A DNA stretch of 64,000 nt. Source: an uncultured Bacilli bacterium. GTDB lineage: Bacteria > Bacillota_I > Bacilli_A > RF39 > UBA660. Position numbers and translations under genes: made by a program. The notes under the pieces were generated by a model. It made no database searches. It was not told the origin of the DNA and saw only the letters and a program-made list of their open reading frames with translations. How positions within the stretch are numbered: position 1 is the stretch's first letter; every line of letters begins with the position of its first letter. Below are positions 11,542-23,699 of the stretch, piece by piece. The stretch is taken from positions 3,701 through 67,700 of the forward strand of contig CAKPCA010000002.1 of NCBI GenBank assembly GCA_934141145.1. The letters run 5' to 3'.

Positions 11542-11961
11542 TTATTTCTTAGCTTTTGGTTTTTTAGCGCCATATTTAGAACGACCTTGTTTTCTATCAT
11601 TAACTCCAGCTGTATCTAATGTTCCTCTTATTACGTGATAACGAACACCGATAAGGTCCTTAACACGTCCTCCACGAACTAGTACAACACTGTGTTCTTG
11701 TAAGTTATGTCCTTCACCTGGAATATAAGCATCTATTTCTTTACCATTACTTAATCTAACACGAGCATATTTACGTAATGCTGAGTTTGGTTTCTTAGGT
11801 GTCTTAGTTCCAACACGAGTACATACTCCACGTTTTTGTGGTGAAGCTGTTTCAGTAGTTTTTTTAGTTAAACTATTAAGTCTTACACCTAAAACTGGTG
11901 ATTTACTCTTTCTAACTTTACTTTGACGATTTTTACGTACTAATTGGTTAATTGTAGACAT
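11542..11961 (-). CDS. rpsL: 30S ribosomal protein S12
   Basis: [11 protein letters not shown]-terminus; start at the internal ATG preceded by AGGAG; the track's extension MCVKKGVEI is rejected. Confidence 0.9.
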   Translation of the reverse strand: MSTINQLVRKNRQSKVRKSKSPVLGVRLNSLTKKTTETASPQKRGVCTRVGTKTPKKPNSALRKYARVRLSNGKEIDAYIPGEGHNLQEHSVVLVRGGRVKDLIGVRYHVIRGTLDTAGVNDRKQGRSKYGAKKPKAKK

Positions 11962-12131
11962 TATTTCGACTCCTTTCTTTACACACAACCTGGTGTTTCA
12001 ATTTTGATATAAATTAAAGTCTTGTAAATTAATACAAAACTTAATTAATCAGCATTAATAATATAACACCATTTTGCTTTAAATGTCAATGATTTTTAGT
12101 CATTTCTATTAATTATATGATAAAAGGAAGA

Positions 12132-14117
12132 CTATTTTTCTTCCTTCTTATCATTTATCTCTTTTTCAAGTTCTTCCTTGTTTAATTTACTATAACCTTT
12201 TATTCCTAAATCCTTTGCTTCTTCTTTTAAATCTATTAATGTTGCACCTTCTACTTCTTCGCCTTCATTATCTGTATCAGGCATTTTACCATGTTTTACA
12301 AGATAATCAATTTGTTCTTTTGTTATAGTCTCATATTCTATTAATGTATTTGCAATTAAATCAAGTAATTCTCTATTTTCTTTTAATATTTTTTTAGTTA
12401 CTTCATATTGATCTGAAATAATTTTTCTTGTTTCTTTATCTATCTCAAGAGCGACTGCATCTGAGAAATTTCTACTTTTATTATAGTCTCTTCCTAAGAA
12501 TACACTTGATTCTTGATGTTCTAATTGAACTGGTCCAAGTGAACTCATACCATATTCTGTTACCATAGATCTTGCTATTTTAGTTGCTTTTTCAAAATCA
12601 TTATGTGCTCCTGTTGTTACTTCATTAAATACAAGTTCTTCTGCTACTCTACCGCCTAAGAAACCACTTATTGTTTCAAGTAATTCTTTTTTAGTAGACA
12701 TATATGTTTCTTCTTTTGGAAGCATTAAGTTATATCCACCAGCCATACCTCTAGGTATTATAGTTATTTTTTGTACATCGTTAGCACCATCAAGCTTAAT
12801 ACCAACGACTGCATGCCCTGCTTCATGATATGCAACTACTTTTTTCTCATGTTCTGTATATTTACGAGACTTTTTAGCAGGCCCAGCAATTACTCTATCA
12901 TGAGCTTCATCTATTTCAGCCATAGAAATATTTTCTCTATTTCTTCTTACTGCAAGAAGTGCAGCTTCATTAAGTAAATTCTCTAGATCAGCACCTGAGA
13001 AACCAACTGTTCTTTTTGCAATATTTTTAAAATTAACATCTTTATCAAATATTTTATCTTTACCATGCACTTCAAGTATTTCTTCTCTACCTTTAGCATC
13101 TGGTAATGATACAGTAATTTGTCTATCGAATCTTCCTGGTCTTAAAAGTGCTGGATCAAGTACGTCTGGTCTATTAGTTGCAGCAATTATAATAATTCCT
13201 TCATTTCTTCCAAAACCATCCATTTCAGTTAGTAATTGGTTTAAAGTTTGTTCTCTTTCATCATGTCCTCCACCTAAACCAGTACCTCTTTGTCTACCAA
13301 CAGCATCTATTTCATCTATAAATATTAGACATGGCGCTGTTTGTTTAGCTTGTCTAAACATATCTCTTACTCTTGATGCACCTACACCAACATAAAGTTC
13401 AACAAAATCAGAACCACTTATGAAATAGAAAGGTGCATTAGCTTCACCAGCAACTGCTTTTGCAAGTAAAGTTTTACCTGTACCTGGTTGTCCTACAAGA
13501 AGTACACCTTTTGGTATTCTAGCACCCATCTTAGTAAACTTCTTAGGATTTTTTAAGAATTCGATTAATTCTTCTAATTCTTCTTTTTCTTCAGATAAAC
13601 CTGCTACATCTTTAAATGTTACTTTATTTTTATCTTCTTGAAGTTTTGCTCTACTCTTACCAAAATCCATTGACTTATTATTAGCACCTAATTGTTTCAT
13701 TAAGAACCATAATAATACTCCACCAATTAAAACATATGGTAAAACATTAACAAGTAAACTAATCCAAATACTTGATGATGGATCAGCAACAAAATCATAT
13801 TTAAATTTATCTTTACCTTTTAATTCATTGTTAGCATTTTCTATTGTAGTAATTGTTTCATCACTTAAAGGCGCAACTACATAATAACTTTCATTCTTGT
13901 TATAACCTTTTAATTTACCAGTTATATCATAGGTACCACCTTTAGAATTTGGTGAAACTTTTACTGTTTCTACCTTTTTACTATTTAAAGCATTTTGAAA
14001 TTCAGAATAAGTTAATTTATTTACTTTAGAACCAAATCCAGTTAAGAAATAAATAACTGCTATTATGAATATCAAAGCTATGTATGGACTTACGTTTTTC
14101 TTCATATTTTTAGTCAT
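12132..14117 (-). CDS. ftsH: ATP-dependent zinc metalloprotease FtsH
   Basis: Two N-terminal TM segments, AAA Walker A GQPGTGKT, SRH, and HEAGH zinc motif; start at MTKNMKK preceded by AAGGAGG. Confidence 0.9.
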   Translation of the reverse strand: MTKNMKKNVSPYIALIFIIAVIYFLTGFGSKVNKLTYSEFQNALNSKKVETVKVSPNSKGGTYDITGKLKGYNKNESYYVVAPLSDETITTIENANNELKGKDKFKYDFVADPSSSIWISLLVNVLPYVLIGGVLLWFLMKQLGANNKSMDFGKSRAKLQEDKNKVTFKDVAGLSEEKEELEELIEFLKNPKKFTKMGARIPKGVLLVGQPGTGKTLLAKAVAGEANAPFYFISGSDFVELYVGVGASRVRDMFRQAKQTAPCLIFIDEIDAVGRQRGTGLGGGHDEREQTLNQLLTEMDGFGRNEGIIIIAATNRPDVLDPALLRPGRFDRQITVSLPDAKGREEILEVHGKDKIFDKDVNFKNIAKRTVGFSGADLENLLNEAALLAVRRNRENISMAEIDEAHDRVIAGPAKKSRKYTEHEKKVVAYHEAGHAVVGIKLDGANDVQKITIIPRGMAGGYNLMLPKEETYMSTKKELLETISGFLGGRVAEELVFNEVTTGAHNDFEKATKIARSMVTEYGMSSLGPVQLEHQESSVFLGRDYNKSRNFSDAVALEIDKETRKIISDQYEVTKKILKENRELLDLIANTLIEYETITKEQIDYLVKHGKMPDTDNEGEEVEGATLIDLKEEAKDLGIKGYSKLNKEELEKEINDKKEEK

Positions 14118-15447
14118 AATTTTCCTCCTTATCACTATACCATAATATTATATCATAGTTTTTGCTTTTTAAAGTATCATATTTTGATTTTTTTAATCCA
14201 GGAAGCCAAACAATTTTATTATCACTATCAACTACTACTGGATATGACTTTCTTTTTTCTATATCGACCTTTTCATCTATAAATATATCTTTAATTTTTT
14301 TCTTACCATTTAAACCTAATACCTCAATATAATCCCCATCTTCTTTATTTCGTACATACAACGGTAATTTTATATCTTCACTATTCAAATGACATACATA
14401 ATTACTAGTTAAGTTAGTACTTGAAATAGGTTCTATAAAACCACTTGGAATTAACACTTTATCATCTTTAATTTCATATTTATATTCTTTAAGATCATTT
14501 AAAGTTTTAAATTCTAATTTATTATATTTTTTAATTGCCTTTATATCCATAGGCAAATCTGCTACAGCATTAGATTTATTACTATTTATCATGTGGATAA
14601 CTAAATCAATATGTTTTGACTCTAATTTATTTATTTGTAAACCATAAATGTTCGAAAATAATTTAATTAATATTTTTCTCAAGATATACATATCAAGTTT
14701 TTTTAACGCATTTATATCAAATGAATTATTAATATACAATTCTTCATATATATTATTAACATATTTATCTATAAAATTAGAAGCTTCATCTATTTCTTCA
14801 CTAAATTTTAGAAATTTTAAATGAACATTACTATTTTCCTTTTTTAATAAAGGCAATATATTTTGTCTATATCTATTTCTAGTATATTTTAAATCTTTAT
14901 TAGTTTTATCTTCTCTATATTCTAGTTTTTTATCTTCAGCATAGGAATACAAATCACTTTTTGTAACATAAACAAGTGGTCTTAATATTTTATAATTATT
15001 TCTTTGAGTAATTTTTTTAAATCCAGTATATCCATCAAGAGTAGACCCTCTAGTAAGTCTCATTAATACTGTTTCTATTAAATCATCACCATGATGCGCA
15101 GTTAATAAATAATTTGCTTTATACTTTTGCATTATTTCATCAAAAAAATCATATCTTTTTTTTCTTGATTCACCCTCAAAATTACCCTTTACATTTTTAT
15201 CAAAAACAATTCCTTCAAATATAATATTATTTTGGGCGCAATACTTCTTTACAAATTCATATTCTTCAAAACTCTCTTCTCTTAAATTGTGATTTACATG
15301 TGCACAAACTATATTAAAATTTGTACTTTTTCTTAAATTTATTAAAAGATCTAAAAGACACATAGAATCTACTCCACCAGAAGTAGCGCATACAACTATG
15401 TCATTTTCTTTTATTATATTTTTTAAAAACAATATAGACTCTTTCAT
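14110..15447 (-). CDS. tilS: tRNA(Ile)-lysidine synthetase
   Basis: PP-loop SGGVDS near the N-terminus, ~445 aa; start at MKESILF preceded by AGGTGA; the track's first codon is GTG-initiated. Confidence 0.8.
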   Translation of the reverse strand: MKESILFLKNIIKENDIVVCATSGGVDSMCLLDLLINLRKSTNFNIVCAHVNHNLREESFEEYEFVKKYCAQNNIIFEGIVFDKNVKGNFEGESRKKRYDFFDEIMQKYKANYLLTAHHGDDLIETVLMRLTRGSTLDGYTGFKKITQRNNYKILRPLVYVTKSDLYSYAEDKKLEYREDKTNKDLKYTRNRYRQNILPLLKKENSNVHLKFLKFSEEIDEASNFIDKYVNNIYEELYINNSFDINALKKLDMYILRKILIKLFSNIYGLQINKLESKHIDLVIHMINSNKSNAVADLPMDIKAIKKYNKLEFKTLNDLKEYKYEIKDDKVLIPSGFIEPISSTNLTSNYVCHLNSEDIKLPLYVRNKEDGDYIEVLGLNGKKKIKDIFIDEKVDIEKRKSYPVVVDSDNKIVWLPGLKKSKYDTLKSKNYDIILWYSDKEENYD

Positions 15448-15520
15448 ATAAATCACCTGCTAAGTATTATAACATAAACTTAATTTATTATAAATAAAAA
15501 GAAAAGTAAAAAATACTTTT

Positions 15521-15835
15521 CTAATACATTGCAACTGATAATCTTAAAAATATTGCTAGAAAGTTTATTATAAATAATACTATAAACGCTACTAAAGCAC
15601 TTATTCCTGCTATTTTAGCATCGTTTGGTCTTGTATCTTTCCAACTAACAAACAAGATTAATCCTGCAAGTGGGACTAATGCACCTACAATTCCCCATAC
15701 AAATGAAGGTACAGTTGAATCACCCGTTTCTAGACTTGAATTTTGTGTCTTATCTACTTCGCTTATAGTACTTCCACAATTACTACAAAATTTTGAATCT
15801 TCTTCTATTTTACTTCCGCATTTTGTACAAAACAT
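15521..15835 (-). CDS. Zinc-ribbon domain membrane protein (2 TM)
   Basis: N-terminal CxxC-N12-CxxC ribbon (CTKCG...CSNCG) followed by two hydrophobic helices; no assignable function. Confidence 0.4.
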   Translation of the reverse strand: MFCTKCGSKIEEDSKFCSNCGSTISEVDKTQNSSLETGDSTVPSFVWGIVGALVPLAGLILFVSWKDTRPNDAKIAGISALVAFIVLFIINFLAIFLRLSVAMY

Positions 15836-15896
15836 ATAATCAGCTCCTTAAAAAAATTATATCATTATTATTAATTATATACAAGAAAAAGAAGAA

Positions 15897-18800
15897 CTAT
15901 AATAGTTCTTCTTCAAGTACATCTAAAGGTTCTTCATCAAAGAATTCATTTTCTAAAGTAAATTCAGTATCGGCATATTTTCTAACACCTGTTCCTGCTG
16001 GGATTAATTTACCAATTATAACATTTTCTTTTAATCCTTCTAATTTATCTACTTTACCTTTAATAGCTGCATCAGTTAAGATTCTTGTAGTTTCTTGGAA
16101 TGATGCTGCTGATAAGAATGAATCAGTTTCAAGAGAAGCCTTAGTTATACCAAGCATAAGTGGTCTAGCAGTTGCTGGTTTCTTACCTTGTAAAATAACT
16201 TTCTTATTTTCTTCAGTAAATTTATTTAATGAAACTACTTTTCCTTGAAGTAATGTAGTATCACCTGCATCTACTATTCTCATTCTTGAAATCATCTTAC
16301 GTGCTATTATTTCGATGTGTTTATCAGAAATATCAACACCTTGAGAACGATATACATGTTGTACTTCTTGTACTATATAATTTTGTACTGTTATTGGATC
16401 TGTTACAGCAAGTAATTCTTTAGGGCTTATTGAACCTTCATTTAATTTATCACCTGGATTTACAGTATCTCCAACTGCAACACTAAGTTTAACACCATAA
16501 TTTGTAGTTTGTTCTCTAGTTTCTTTATCATTAGTAATACTAATTTTAAATTTACCATTTTGATTTTCAATATTTGTAACTGTACCACTAATTTCTGCGA
16601 CTGTAGCTTTAACTTTTGGAGTTCTAGCTTCAAATAATTCTTCAACACGTGGAAGACCTTGTGTAATATCTTCACCGTTGGCAACACCACCTGTATGGAA
16701 TGTACGCATTGTAAGCTGTGTACCTGGTTCACCAATTGATTGTGCAGCCATAATACCAACTGCTTCACCAATTTCAGCAACATTACTTGTTGCAAGGTTT
16801 CTACCATAACATTTTTGACATACACCATTTTCAGTTTTACATGTAAGTGTAGTTCTTATTTCAACAGCAGTTATACCTGCTTTTTCAATCTTATCTGCTA
16901 TTTGTTCAGTGATTAATTCACCTTTTTCAATAATAACATCTTTTGTTTCTGGATTAATAACTTTCTTATTAGTATATCTACCAGTTATTCTTTCTGCTAG
17001 TGATTCTATTACACTACCATCTTTTTCATTTATAAATGCTGATACTAATACGCCTTGAATAGTACCACAATCATGTTCTTTAACTATTACATCTTGAACT
17101 ACATCTACTAAACGTCTAGTTAAGTAACCAGAGTTTGCAGTTTTTAACGCAGTATCAACGTTACCTTTTCTTGATCCATGTGATGACATGAAGTACTCAG
17201 ATACAGTTAATCCTTCAGTATAGTTAGATGCTATTGGAATTTCAACTGTCATACCATTTGGCTTAGCAACTAGACCAATCATACCAGCTAATTGTCTAAA
17301 CTGTTCCATACTACCACGAGCACCAGAATTCATCATGATGAATATTGGGTTATTTGGATTTGCAGCAGCAAGTTTATTTAAGTCACTCTTAATTTCTTCA
17401 TTTGCATTGTTCCAAACTTCTAGAACTCTTTCGTATCTTTCTTGTTCAGTTATTAAACCTCTCTTATATTGTTTACCAATTTGATCTACTTTCTTCTTAC
17501 CTTCTGCTATTACTTCTTCTTTTGTATCACTTGAAACTATATCAAATGCAGACATTGTAATACCAGAAATTGTAGAATATTTAAATCCTAAATCTTTTAA
17601 TTTATCAAGCATTATAGATGTTTCAGTAGTTTTATATCTTTTAAATACTTGAGCAATTATGCTTTGTAAACCTTTCTTACCTATTGGTTCAGAAAGAGGT
17701 AAATTCTTTATAAATTCTTTTAAATTTGTTCCTTTTGGAGCAAAATATTTACTAGGAGTAATTTTCTCAATATTTTCTTTACTTCCATCGTTAACGTATT
17801 GATAAGCATCTGGTAATATTTCATTGAATTTTAACTTACCAACAGTAGTAATTAAGTATTTATCTTTTTGGTTATCCATAAAAATCTTATGAGTAAATGA
17901 TTTTACTGGTACTACTATTCTTGTATGTAAATTAATTTCTTTTCTTTCATATGCCATTAATGCTTCGTTAGCATTTTTAAATACTCTACCTTCTTCTTCG
18001 TTAGATTCTTCCATAGTTAAGTAATAGTTTCCTAAAACCATATCTTGTGCTGGTGTAACTACTGGTTTACCATCTGATGGTTTAAGGATGTTATTAGCAC
18101 CTAACATAAGAATTCTAGCTTCTGCTTGTGCTTCTTCAGAAAGTGGTACGTGTACAGCCATTTGGTCTCCATCAAAGTCAGCGTTAAATGCTGGACAAAC
18201 AAGTGGATGAAGTCTAATAGCTTTACCATCTATTAATTTAGGTTCAAATGCTTGAATACCTAATCTATGAAGAGTTGGTGCACGGTTTAATAATACTGGA
18301 TGTTCTTTAATAACTTCTTCAACTATATCCCATACTCTATCATCTTGATTTTCAATCATTTTTTTAGCAGCTTTTATATTATGAACTATTTCTTTTTCTA
18401 CAAGTCCACGAATAACATGTGGTTTAAATAATTCAAGTGCCATTTCTTTTGGTATACCACATTGATACATCTTTAATGATGGACCAACAACGATAACTGA
18501 ACGTCCTGAATAGTCAACACGTTTACCAAGTAAGTTTTGTCTAAATCTACCTTGTTTACCTTTAAGCATTCCACTTAATGATTTTAATGGTCTATTAGAT
18601 GGTCCAGTTACATTTCTACCACGTCTACCATTATCAAATAAAGCATCTACTGCCTCTTGAAGCATACGTTTTTCATTTTGTACAATTATTGATGGTGCAC
18701 CTAATTCTAATAATTTCTTTAAACGATTATTACGATTAATTACACGTCTATATAAATCATTTAAATCAGATGTTGCAAATCTACCACCATCTAGTTGTAA

Positions 18801-19520
18801 CATTGGTCTTAAATCTGGTGGTATTACTGGAATACAATCTAGTATCATCCACTCAGGTCTATTTCCTGATTCTCTAAATGAATCTAATATCTCAAGTCTT
18901 TTAATTAATCTTATTCTCTTTTGTTCTTGAGCACCGTCTAATTCTTTTTGGATTTCTTCTATTTCTTTATCTAAATCAACTTCTTGAAGTAACTTTTTGA
19001 TTGCTTCAGCACCCATACCTACTTCAAAGCCATCTCCATATTTTTCATAATAAATTCTATATTCTTTATCAGATAAAGTTTGTTTTTTCTCTAAAGGAGC
19101 ATTACCTGGATTAATTACAACATAACTAACAAAGTATAATACTTCTTCTAGATCTCTAGGTGACATATCAAGTACTAAACCAATACGAGATGGTACACCT
19201 TTAAAGAACCATATGTGAGATACTGGAGTTGCAAGCTCAATATGTCCCATACGTTCACGACGTACTTTTGATTTTGTAACTTCTACTCCACATCTATCAC
19301 ATACTATATCTTTATATCTTAATCTCTTGTATTTTCCACAAGCACATTCGTAATCTTTAGATGGTCCAAATATTTTTTCACAGTATAAACCATCTCTTTC
19401 TGGTTTTAAAGTACGATAGTTTATTGTTTCAGGTTTTTTTACTTCACCATATGACCATTCACGAATTTTTTCGGGAGAAGCAATAGATATCTTTAATCCT
19501 TCAAATTTTCTTGCATCCAT
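15897..19520 (-). CDS. rpoC: DNA-directed RNA polymerase subunit beta'
   Basis: 1207 aa, NADFDGD catalytic motif, zinc-binding Cys cluster. Confidence 0.95.
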   Translation of the reverse strand: MDARKFEGLKISIASPEKIREWSYGEVKKPETINYRTLKPERDGLYCEKIFGPSKDYECACGKYKRLRYKDIVCDRCGVEVTKSKVRRERMGHIELATPVSHIWFFKGVPSRIGLVLDMSPRDLEEVLYFVSYVVINPGNAPLEKKQTLSDKEYRIYYEKYGDGFEVGMGAEAIKKLLQEVDLDKEIEEIQKELDGAQEQKRIRLIKRLEILDSFRESGNRPEWMILDCIPVIPPDLRPMLQLDGGRFATSDLNDLYRRVINRNNRLKKLLELGAPSIIVQNEKRMLQEAVDALFDNGRRGRNVTGPSNRPLKSLSGMLKGKQGRFRQNLLGKRVDYSGRSVIVVGPSLKMYQCGIPKEMALELFKPHVIRGLVEKEIVHNIKAAKKMIENQDDRVWDIVEEVIKEHPVLLNRAPTLHRLGIQAFEPKLIDGKAIRLHPLVCPAFNADFDGDQMAVHVPLSEEAQAEARILMLGANNILKPSDGKPVVTPAQDMVLGNYYLTMEESNEEEGRVFKNANEALMAYERKEINLHTRIVVPVKSFTHKIFMDNQKDKYLITTVGKLKFNEILPDAYQYVNDGSKENIEKITPSKYFAPKGTNLKEFIKNLPLSEPIGKKGLQSIIAQVFKRYKTTETSIMLDKLKDLGFKYSTISGITMSAFDIVSSDTKEEVIAEGKKKVDQIGKQYKRGLITEQERYERVLEVWNNANEEIKSDLNKLAAANPNNPIFIMMNSGARGSMEQFRQLAGMIGLVAKPNGMTVEIPIASNYTEGLTVSEYFMSSHGSRKGNVDTALKTANSGYLTRRLVDVVQDVIVKEHDCGTIQGVLVSAFINEKDGSVIESLAERITGRYTNKKVINPETKDVIIEKGELITEQIADKIEKAGITAVEIRTTLTCKTENGVCQKCYGRNLATSNVAEIGEAVGIMAAQSIGEPGTQLTMRTFHTGGVANGEDITQGLPRVEELFEARTPKVKATVAEISGTVTNIENQNGKFKISITNDKETREQTTNYGVKLSVAVGDTVNPGDKLNEGSISPKELLAVTDPITVQNYIVQEVQHVYRSQGVDISDKHIEIIARKMISRMRIVDAGDTTLLQGKVVSLNKFTEENKKVILQGKKPATARPLMLGITKASLETDSFLSAASFQETTRILTDAAIKGKVDKLEGLKENVIIGKLIPAGTGVRKYADTEFTLENEFFDEEPLDVLEEELL

Positions 19521-22500
19521 TATTCTTCACCCTCCTCTTCATTTTCTTCATCTACAGATAAAATATCTTCTAGATTATTTTTCTTTATATCTTTTATTTC
19601 AATTTCATCTATTGAAAGAGCATTGTCTTCTTTATTTTCTTCTGCTTCTAATTCAGTTATTCCAATTTCTTTTCCATCTTTATTAATCATAGATATATCA
19701 AGACCTAATGCTTGGAATTCTTTAATTAATACTCTAAAGCTTTCTGGTACTCCAATTTGATCAATCTTCTTACCTTTTACAATAGCTTCATAAACTTTAA
19801 CTCTTCCTACAACATCATCTGATTTAACAGTTAAGATTTCTTGTAAGATATTTGCTGCACCATATGCTTCTAGTGCCCAAACTTCCATTTCACCAAATCT
19901 CTGTCCACCAAATTGAGCTTTACCACCAAGAGGTTGTTGTGTAACTAAACTGTATGGCCCAGTTGAACGAGCATGTAACTTATCATCAACCATGTGATCA
20001 AGTTTAATCATGTACATTACACCAACACTGACTCTACTATCAAATGGTTCACCAGTTCTACCATTATATAATACTGTCTTACCATCTGCATCTAGTCCAG
20101 CTTCTTTCATCATGTCTGCTATATCTTGCATTGTAGCACCATCAAATACAGGTGTTGAACAATATACTCCAAGTTTCTTAGCAGCCATACCTAAATGAAG
20201 TTCTAGTACCTGTCCTAAGTTCATACGAGATGGAACACCTAATGGGTTAAGCATTATATCTACTGGTCTACCATCTGGTAAATAAGGCATATCTTCTTGT
20301 GGTAATACTAGTGATACAACACCCTTATTTCCGTGACGACCTGCCATCTTATCACCAACTTGGATTTTTCTCTTTTGAGCAATGTATACTCTTATTTCTT
20401 TACTTACTCCACTTGCAAGTTCATCATTATCTTTCTTAGTATATACTTTAATATCATGTACAATACCATCTGCACCATGTGGAACACGAAGAGATGTGTC
20501 ACGAACTTCTCTTGTTTTTTCACCAAATATTGCATGTAATAATTTTTCTTCTGAAGTAAGTTCTACCATTCCCTTTGGAGTTACTTTACCTACTAAGATA
20601 TCATTTTCACGAACTTCAGTACCAATTCTTACAATACCATTAGCATCAAGATTTTTTCTTGCATCTTCTGATACATTTGGAATATCACGAGTTATTTCTT
20701 CTGGTCCAAGCTTAGTATCTCTACATTGGATAGAATAACTTTCTATATGAATTGATGTATAAACATCATCTTTTACTAAATTTTCATTTAATATTACAGC
20801 ATCTTCGTAATTATAACCATTATAAGTCATAAATGCTACTGTTAAGTTTCTACCAAGTGCAAGTTCACCTTTATCAGTACTTGGTCCATCTGCTATAATC
20901 ATATTTCTTTCAACTTTGTCGCCAGCTTTAACTATTGGTCTTTGATGATAACATGTAGCACCATTTGAACCTTCAAAGTTCATAAGTGTATAAACATCTT
21001 TTCCACCTTTAGTTTTTACTATTATCTTTTTACCATCAGCATATTCTACAACGCCATCTGCTTTTGCAACTATTGTTGCTCCACTATCTCTTGCAGCCAT
21101 ATACTCAACACCAGTACCTACATATGGAGCTTCTGGTTTTAATAATGGTAATGCTTGTCTTTGCATGTTAGCACCCATTAGTGCACGGTGAGCCATATCA
21201 TGATCTAGGAATGGAATACATGATGCTGTAACTGATATAATTTGTTGTGGTGATACATCTATATAATTAACTTCTGCTGGTGTAGCAAGTATATTTTCAC
21301 CACGGAATCTTGATGGAACTTCTTCTTCAACAATCTTATTATTTTCAATTTTAACTGTTGCTTGACTAATTACATAATCAAGTTCTTCATCTGCTGTTAA
21401 ATAATCTATTTGATCTTGTAAAACACCATCTTTTACTTGTCTATATGGAGTCATTATAAATCCATATTCATTAACTTTTGCATAACTTGCAAGAGATGTA
21501 ATAAGACCTATGTTAGCACCTTCTGGTGATTCAATAGGACAAATTCTACCATAGTGTGATTCATTAACGTCACGAACTTCCATAGCTGCTCTATCTCTTG
21601 ATAATCCACCTGGTCCTAAAGCAGATAAACGTCTCTTATTAGTTAATTCTGATACTGGATTTATTTGATCCATGAATTGTGATAACTGGCTGCTACCAAA
21701 GAATTCTTTAATAACTGCAGTTATTGGTCTAATGTTAATTAATGCTTTTGGAGTTGCTTCTGATTCTTCTAAAGTAGTCATTCTTTCACGAATAACTCTT
21801 TCCATTCTAGTTACACCTATTCTAAATTGATTTTGAATAAGTTCTCCAACTTGTCTAACACGACGATTTGATAAATGATCTATTTCATCAACACTACCAA
21901 TACCTTGAAGTAAATTTAGGTAATATGAAACTGATGCATATATATCAGATATAGTTAATCTTTTTGCATCTATACTAGGATCATTACCAATTATTGTTAT
22001 TACTTTGTCTGAATTATTAGGAGCAAATACTTTAACAACTTGTACTTTGTCATAAGTATCAAGTTCATCATTGATTAAAACTTGTCTTAAATTTAATCCC
22101 TCTTTAAATAAAGGTTTTAATTCATTTAAAACATCTCTTGTTACTTTTGTTCCTTTTTCAAATTTTACCTTACCATCTACTACGATATCTTCTGCAAGAG
22201 TTTGTCCGAATAAACGATCACAAACATCTAATTTTTTATTAAATTTATATCTACCAACTTTTGATAAATCATATCTAAATGCATCAAAGAAACGCGCAAT
22301 TAATTGGTTTTTAGCACTATCTAATGTTGCTGGTTCACCTGGTTTTAATTTTTCATAAATTTCTATTAATGCTTCATCAGTATTTGCTGTAGAATCCTTT
22401 TCTATTGTATTTAATAGATATTCATCTTCACCAAATAACTCTATCATATCTTCATTGCTTGATAATCCAAAAGCCCTTAAGAATGTTGCCATAGTAACTT

Positions 22501-23065
22501 TTCTGTTTCTGTCTATTCTAACATCAACACAATCTTTACTATTTAGTTTATACTCTAACCAAGTTCCTCTATTTGGTATTATTTGAGATGTAAAAATATT
22601 TCTACCATTCTTGTCCATTTCTACACCATAATAAACACTAGGAGAACGAACTAATTGAGATACTATAACCCTTTCAGCACCATTTATTACAAATGTACCA
22701 CTTTCAGTCATTATAGGCATATCTCCAAAGAACAATTCTTGTTCCTTAACCTCTCCAGTTTCGTTGTTGAATAAACGAGCTTGTACTTTTAATGGAGCTG
22801 CATAAGTAGATTTTCTTTCTTTACACTCCTTAATAGTTAATCTTGGTTCATCAAATGAGTAATCACCAATTTCAAGTGACAATGTACCTGATGGATTATC
22901 AACTGGGAATAACTCATCTAAAACCTCTCTAATTCCTTCTTGTACAAATTCTTGATAAGAATCCTTTTGAATTGCAAGCAAATCCTTTAATTCTAATGAA
23001 TTTTGTACTTTTGAGAAATCTCTTCTTTCTCGATCTTTACATACTTTTTTGATCTTGTAAGCCAC
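19520..23065 (-). CDS. rpoB: DNA-directed RNA polymerase subunit beta
   Basis: ~1180 aa conserved RpoB; the track start at 23083 is TTG with no RBS; the GTG at 23065 has AGGGGTGA 9 nt upstream (start uncertain by a few codons). Confidence 0.93.
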   Translation of the reverse strand: MAYKIKKVCKDRERRDFSKVQNSLELKDLLAIQKDSYQEFVQEGIREVLDELFPVDNPSGTLSLEIGDYSFDEPRLTIKECKERKSTYAAPLKVQARLFNNETGEVKEQELFFGDMPIMTESGTFVINGAERVIVSQLVRSPSVYYGVEMDKNGRNIFTSQIIPNRGTWLEYKLNSKDCVDVRIDRNRKVTMATFLRAFGLSSNEDMIELFGEDEYLLNTIEKDSTANTDEALIEIYEKLKPGEPATLDSAKNQLIARFFDAFRYDLSKVGRYKFNKKLDVCDRLFGQTLAEDIVVDGKVKFEKGTKVTRDVLNELKPLFKEGLNLRQVLINDELDTYDKVQVVKVFAPNNSDKVITIIGNDPSIDAKRLTISDIYASVSYYLNLLQGIGSVDEIDHLSNRRVRQVGELIQNQFRIGVTRMERVIRERMTTLEESEATPKALINIRPITAVIKEFFGSSQLSQFMDQINPVSELTNKRRLSALGPGGLSRDRAAMEVRDVNESHYGRICPIESPEGANIGLITSLASYAKVNEYGFIMTPYRQVKDGVLQDQIDYLTADEELDYVISQATVKIENNKIVEEEVPSRFRGENILATPAEVNYIDVSPQQIISVTASCIPFLDHDMAHRALMGANMQRQALPLLKPEAPYVGTGVEYMAARDSGATIVAKADGVVEYADGKKIIVKTKGGKDVYTLMNFEGSNGATCYHQRPIVKAGDKVERNMIIADGPSTDKGELALGRNLTVAFMTYNGYNYEDAVILNENLVKDDVYTSIHIESYSIQCRDTKLGPEEITRDIPNVSEDARKNLDANGIVRIGTEVRENDILVGKVTPKGMVELTSEEKLLHAIFGEKTREVRDTSLRVPHGADGIVHDIKVYTKKDNDELASGVSKEIRVYIAQKRKIQVGDKMAGRHGNKGVVSLVLPQEDMPYLPDGRPVDIMLNPLGVPSRMNLGQVLELHLGMAAKKLGVYCSTPVFDGATMQDIADMMKEAGLDADGKTVLYNGRTGEPFDSRVSVGVMYMIKLDHMVDDKLHARSTGPYSLVTQQPLGGKAQFGGQRFGEMEVWALEAYGAANILQEILTVKSDDVVGRVKVYEAIVKGKKIDQIGVPESFRVLIKEFQALGLDISMINKDGKEIGITELEAEENKEDNALSIDEIEIKDIKKNNLEDILSVDEENEEEGEE

Positions 23066-23213
23066 GTGCTTCACCCCTAACAATAATATTCAAAGAACAT
23101 GTTTCCTTCCTAAAAAAGGGAACATAGTACCAATTTAAAATGTTAGCAGAATATTCAATAAAAGTCAACCAATTTTATAATATTTTTAAAAAAAATAAAA
23201 AGATAACATTTTG

Positions 23214-23609
23214 TTATCTTAATACTCTATTTTCTGGCATTAAACCTTTATCACATAATTTAATATCTTTTACCATTTCTTTTATCATTAAATCCTCAGA
23301 ATTTTCTTCCTTAACTGGTTCATTATACTCTAATGCAATATTTTTAATAATTGTTAAAGCATATGGTTTTGTTTCACCACTAACCATTTGTGGATATGGT
23401 TTAAGTGCTATTTTTTTGATAATCACATTATATAAAAATTCTCTTAAAGATTCTATCTCTTCTTTTGCTCTTTTATCATTTTTGGAAGTTAATACACAAA
23501 ACTCATTTCTTTTTGAATCTATTACTATCTCTCCTACCTTTTTATCTGTATCACTTGTACATACTGATACATTATAAATACCATTTTCTATTTCTACTTT
23601 TATTTTCAT
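23214..23609 (-). CDS. Hypothetical protein (131 aa) between ybxB-like MTase and rpoB
   Basis: ORF with strong RBS (AGGGGGG, 9-nt spacer, ATG); followed by its own hairpin plus T-run terminator around 23190-23213; no recognisable domain. Confidence 0.4.
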   Translation of the reverse strand: MKIKVEIENGIYNVSVCTSDTDKKVGEIVIDSKRNEFCVLTSKNDKRAKEEIESLREFLYNVIIKKIALKPYPQMVSGETKPYALTIIKNIALEYNEPVKEENSEDLMIKEMVKDIKLCDKGLMPENRVLR

Positions 23610-23699
23610 AATCAAATCCCCCCTGATTGGCTCCATATACTATCATAATATGTAATAATTGTCAAATTTATTCACACTTTTGGGAATTTTTTTATATTT

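Noticed and set aside
12771-12977. 68-aa plus-strand ORF inside ftsH
   Set aside because: Antisense to ftsH, no start signals.
15793-16828. 151-aa plus-strand ORF and 122-aa minus-strand alternate-frame ORF overlapping the rpoC 3' region
   Set aside because: Overlap the rpoC coding sequence; low-complexity (poly-S, poly-L/K/V) translations typical of spurious frames.
20010-22358. Four plus-strand ORFs (62-118 aa) inside rpoB
   Set aside because: Antisense to rpoB; no conservation expected.
23140-23577. 145-aa plus-strand ORF
   Set aside because: Antisense to the better-supported minus-strand hypothetical (RBS plus terminator) and spans the rpoB promoter region; hydrophobic junk translation.
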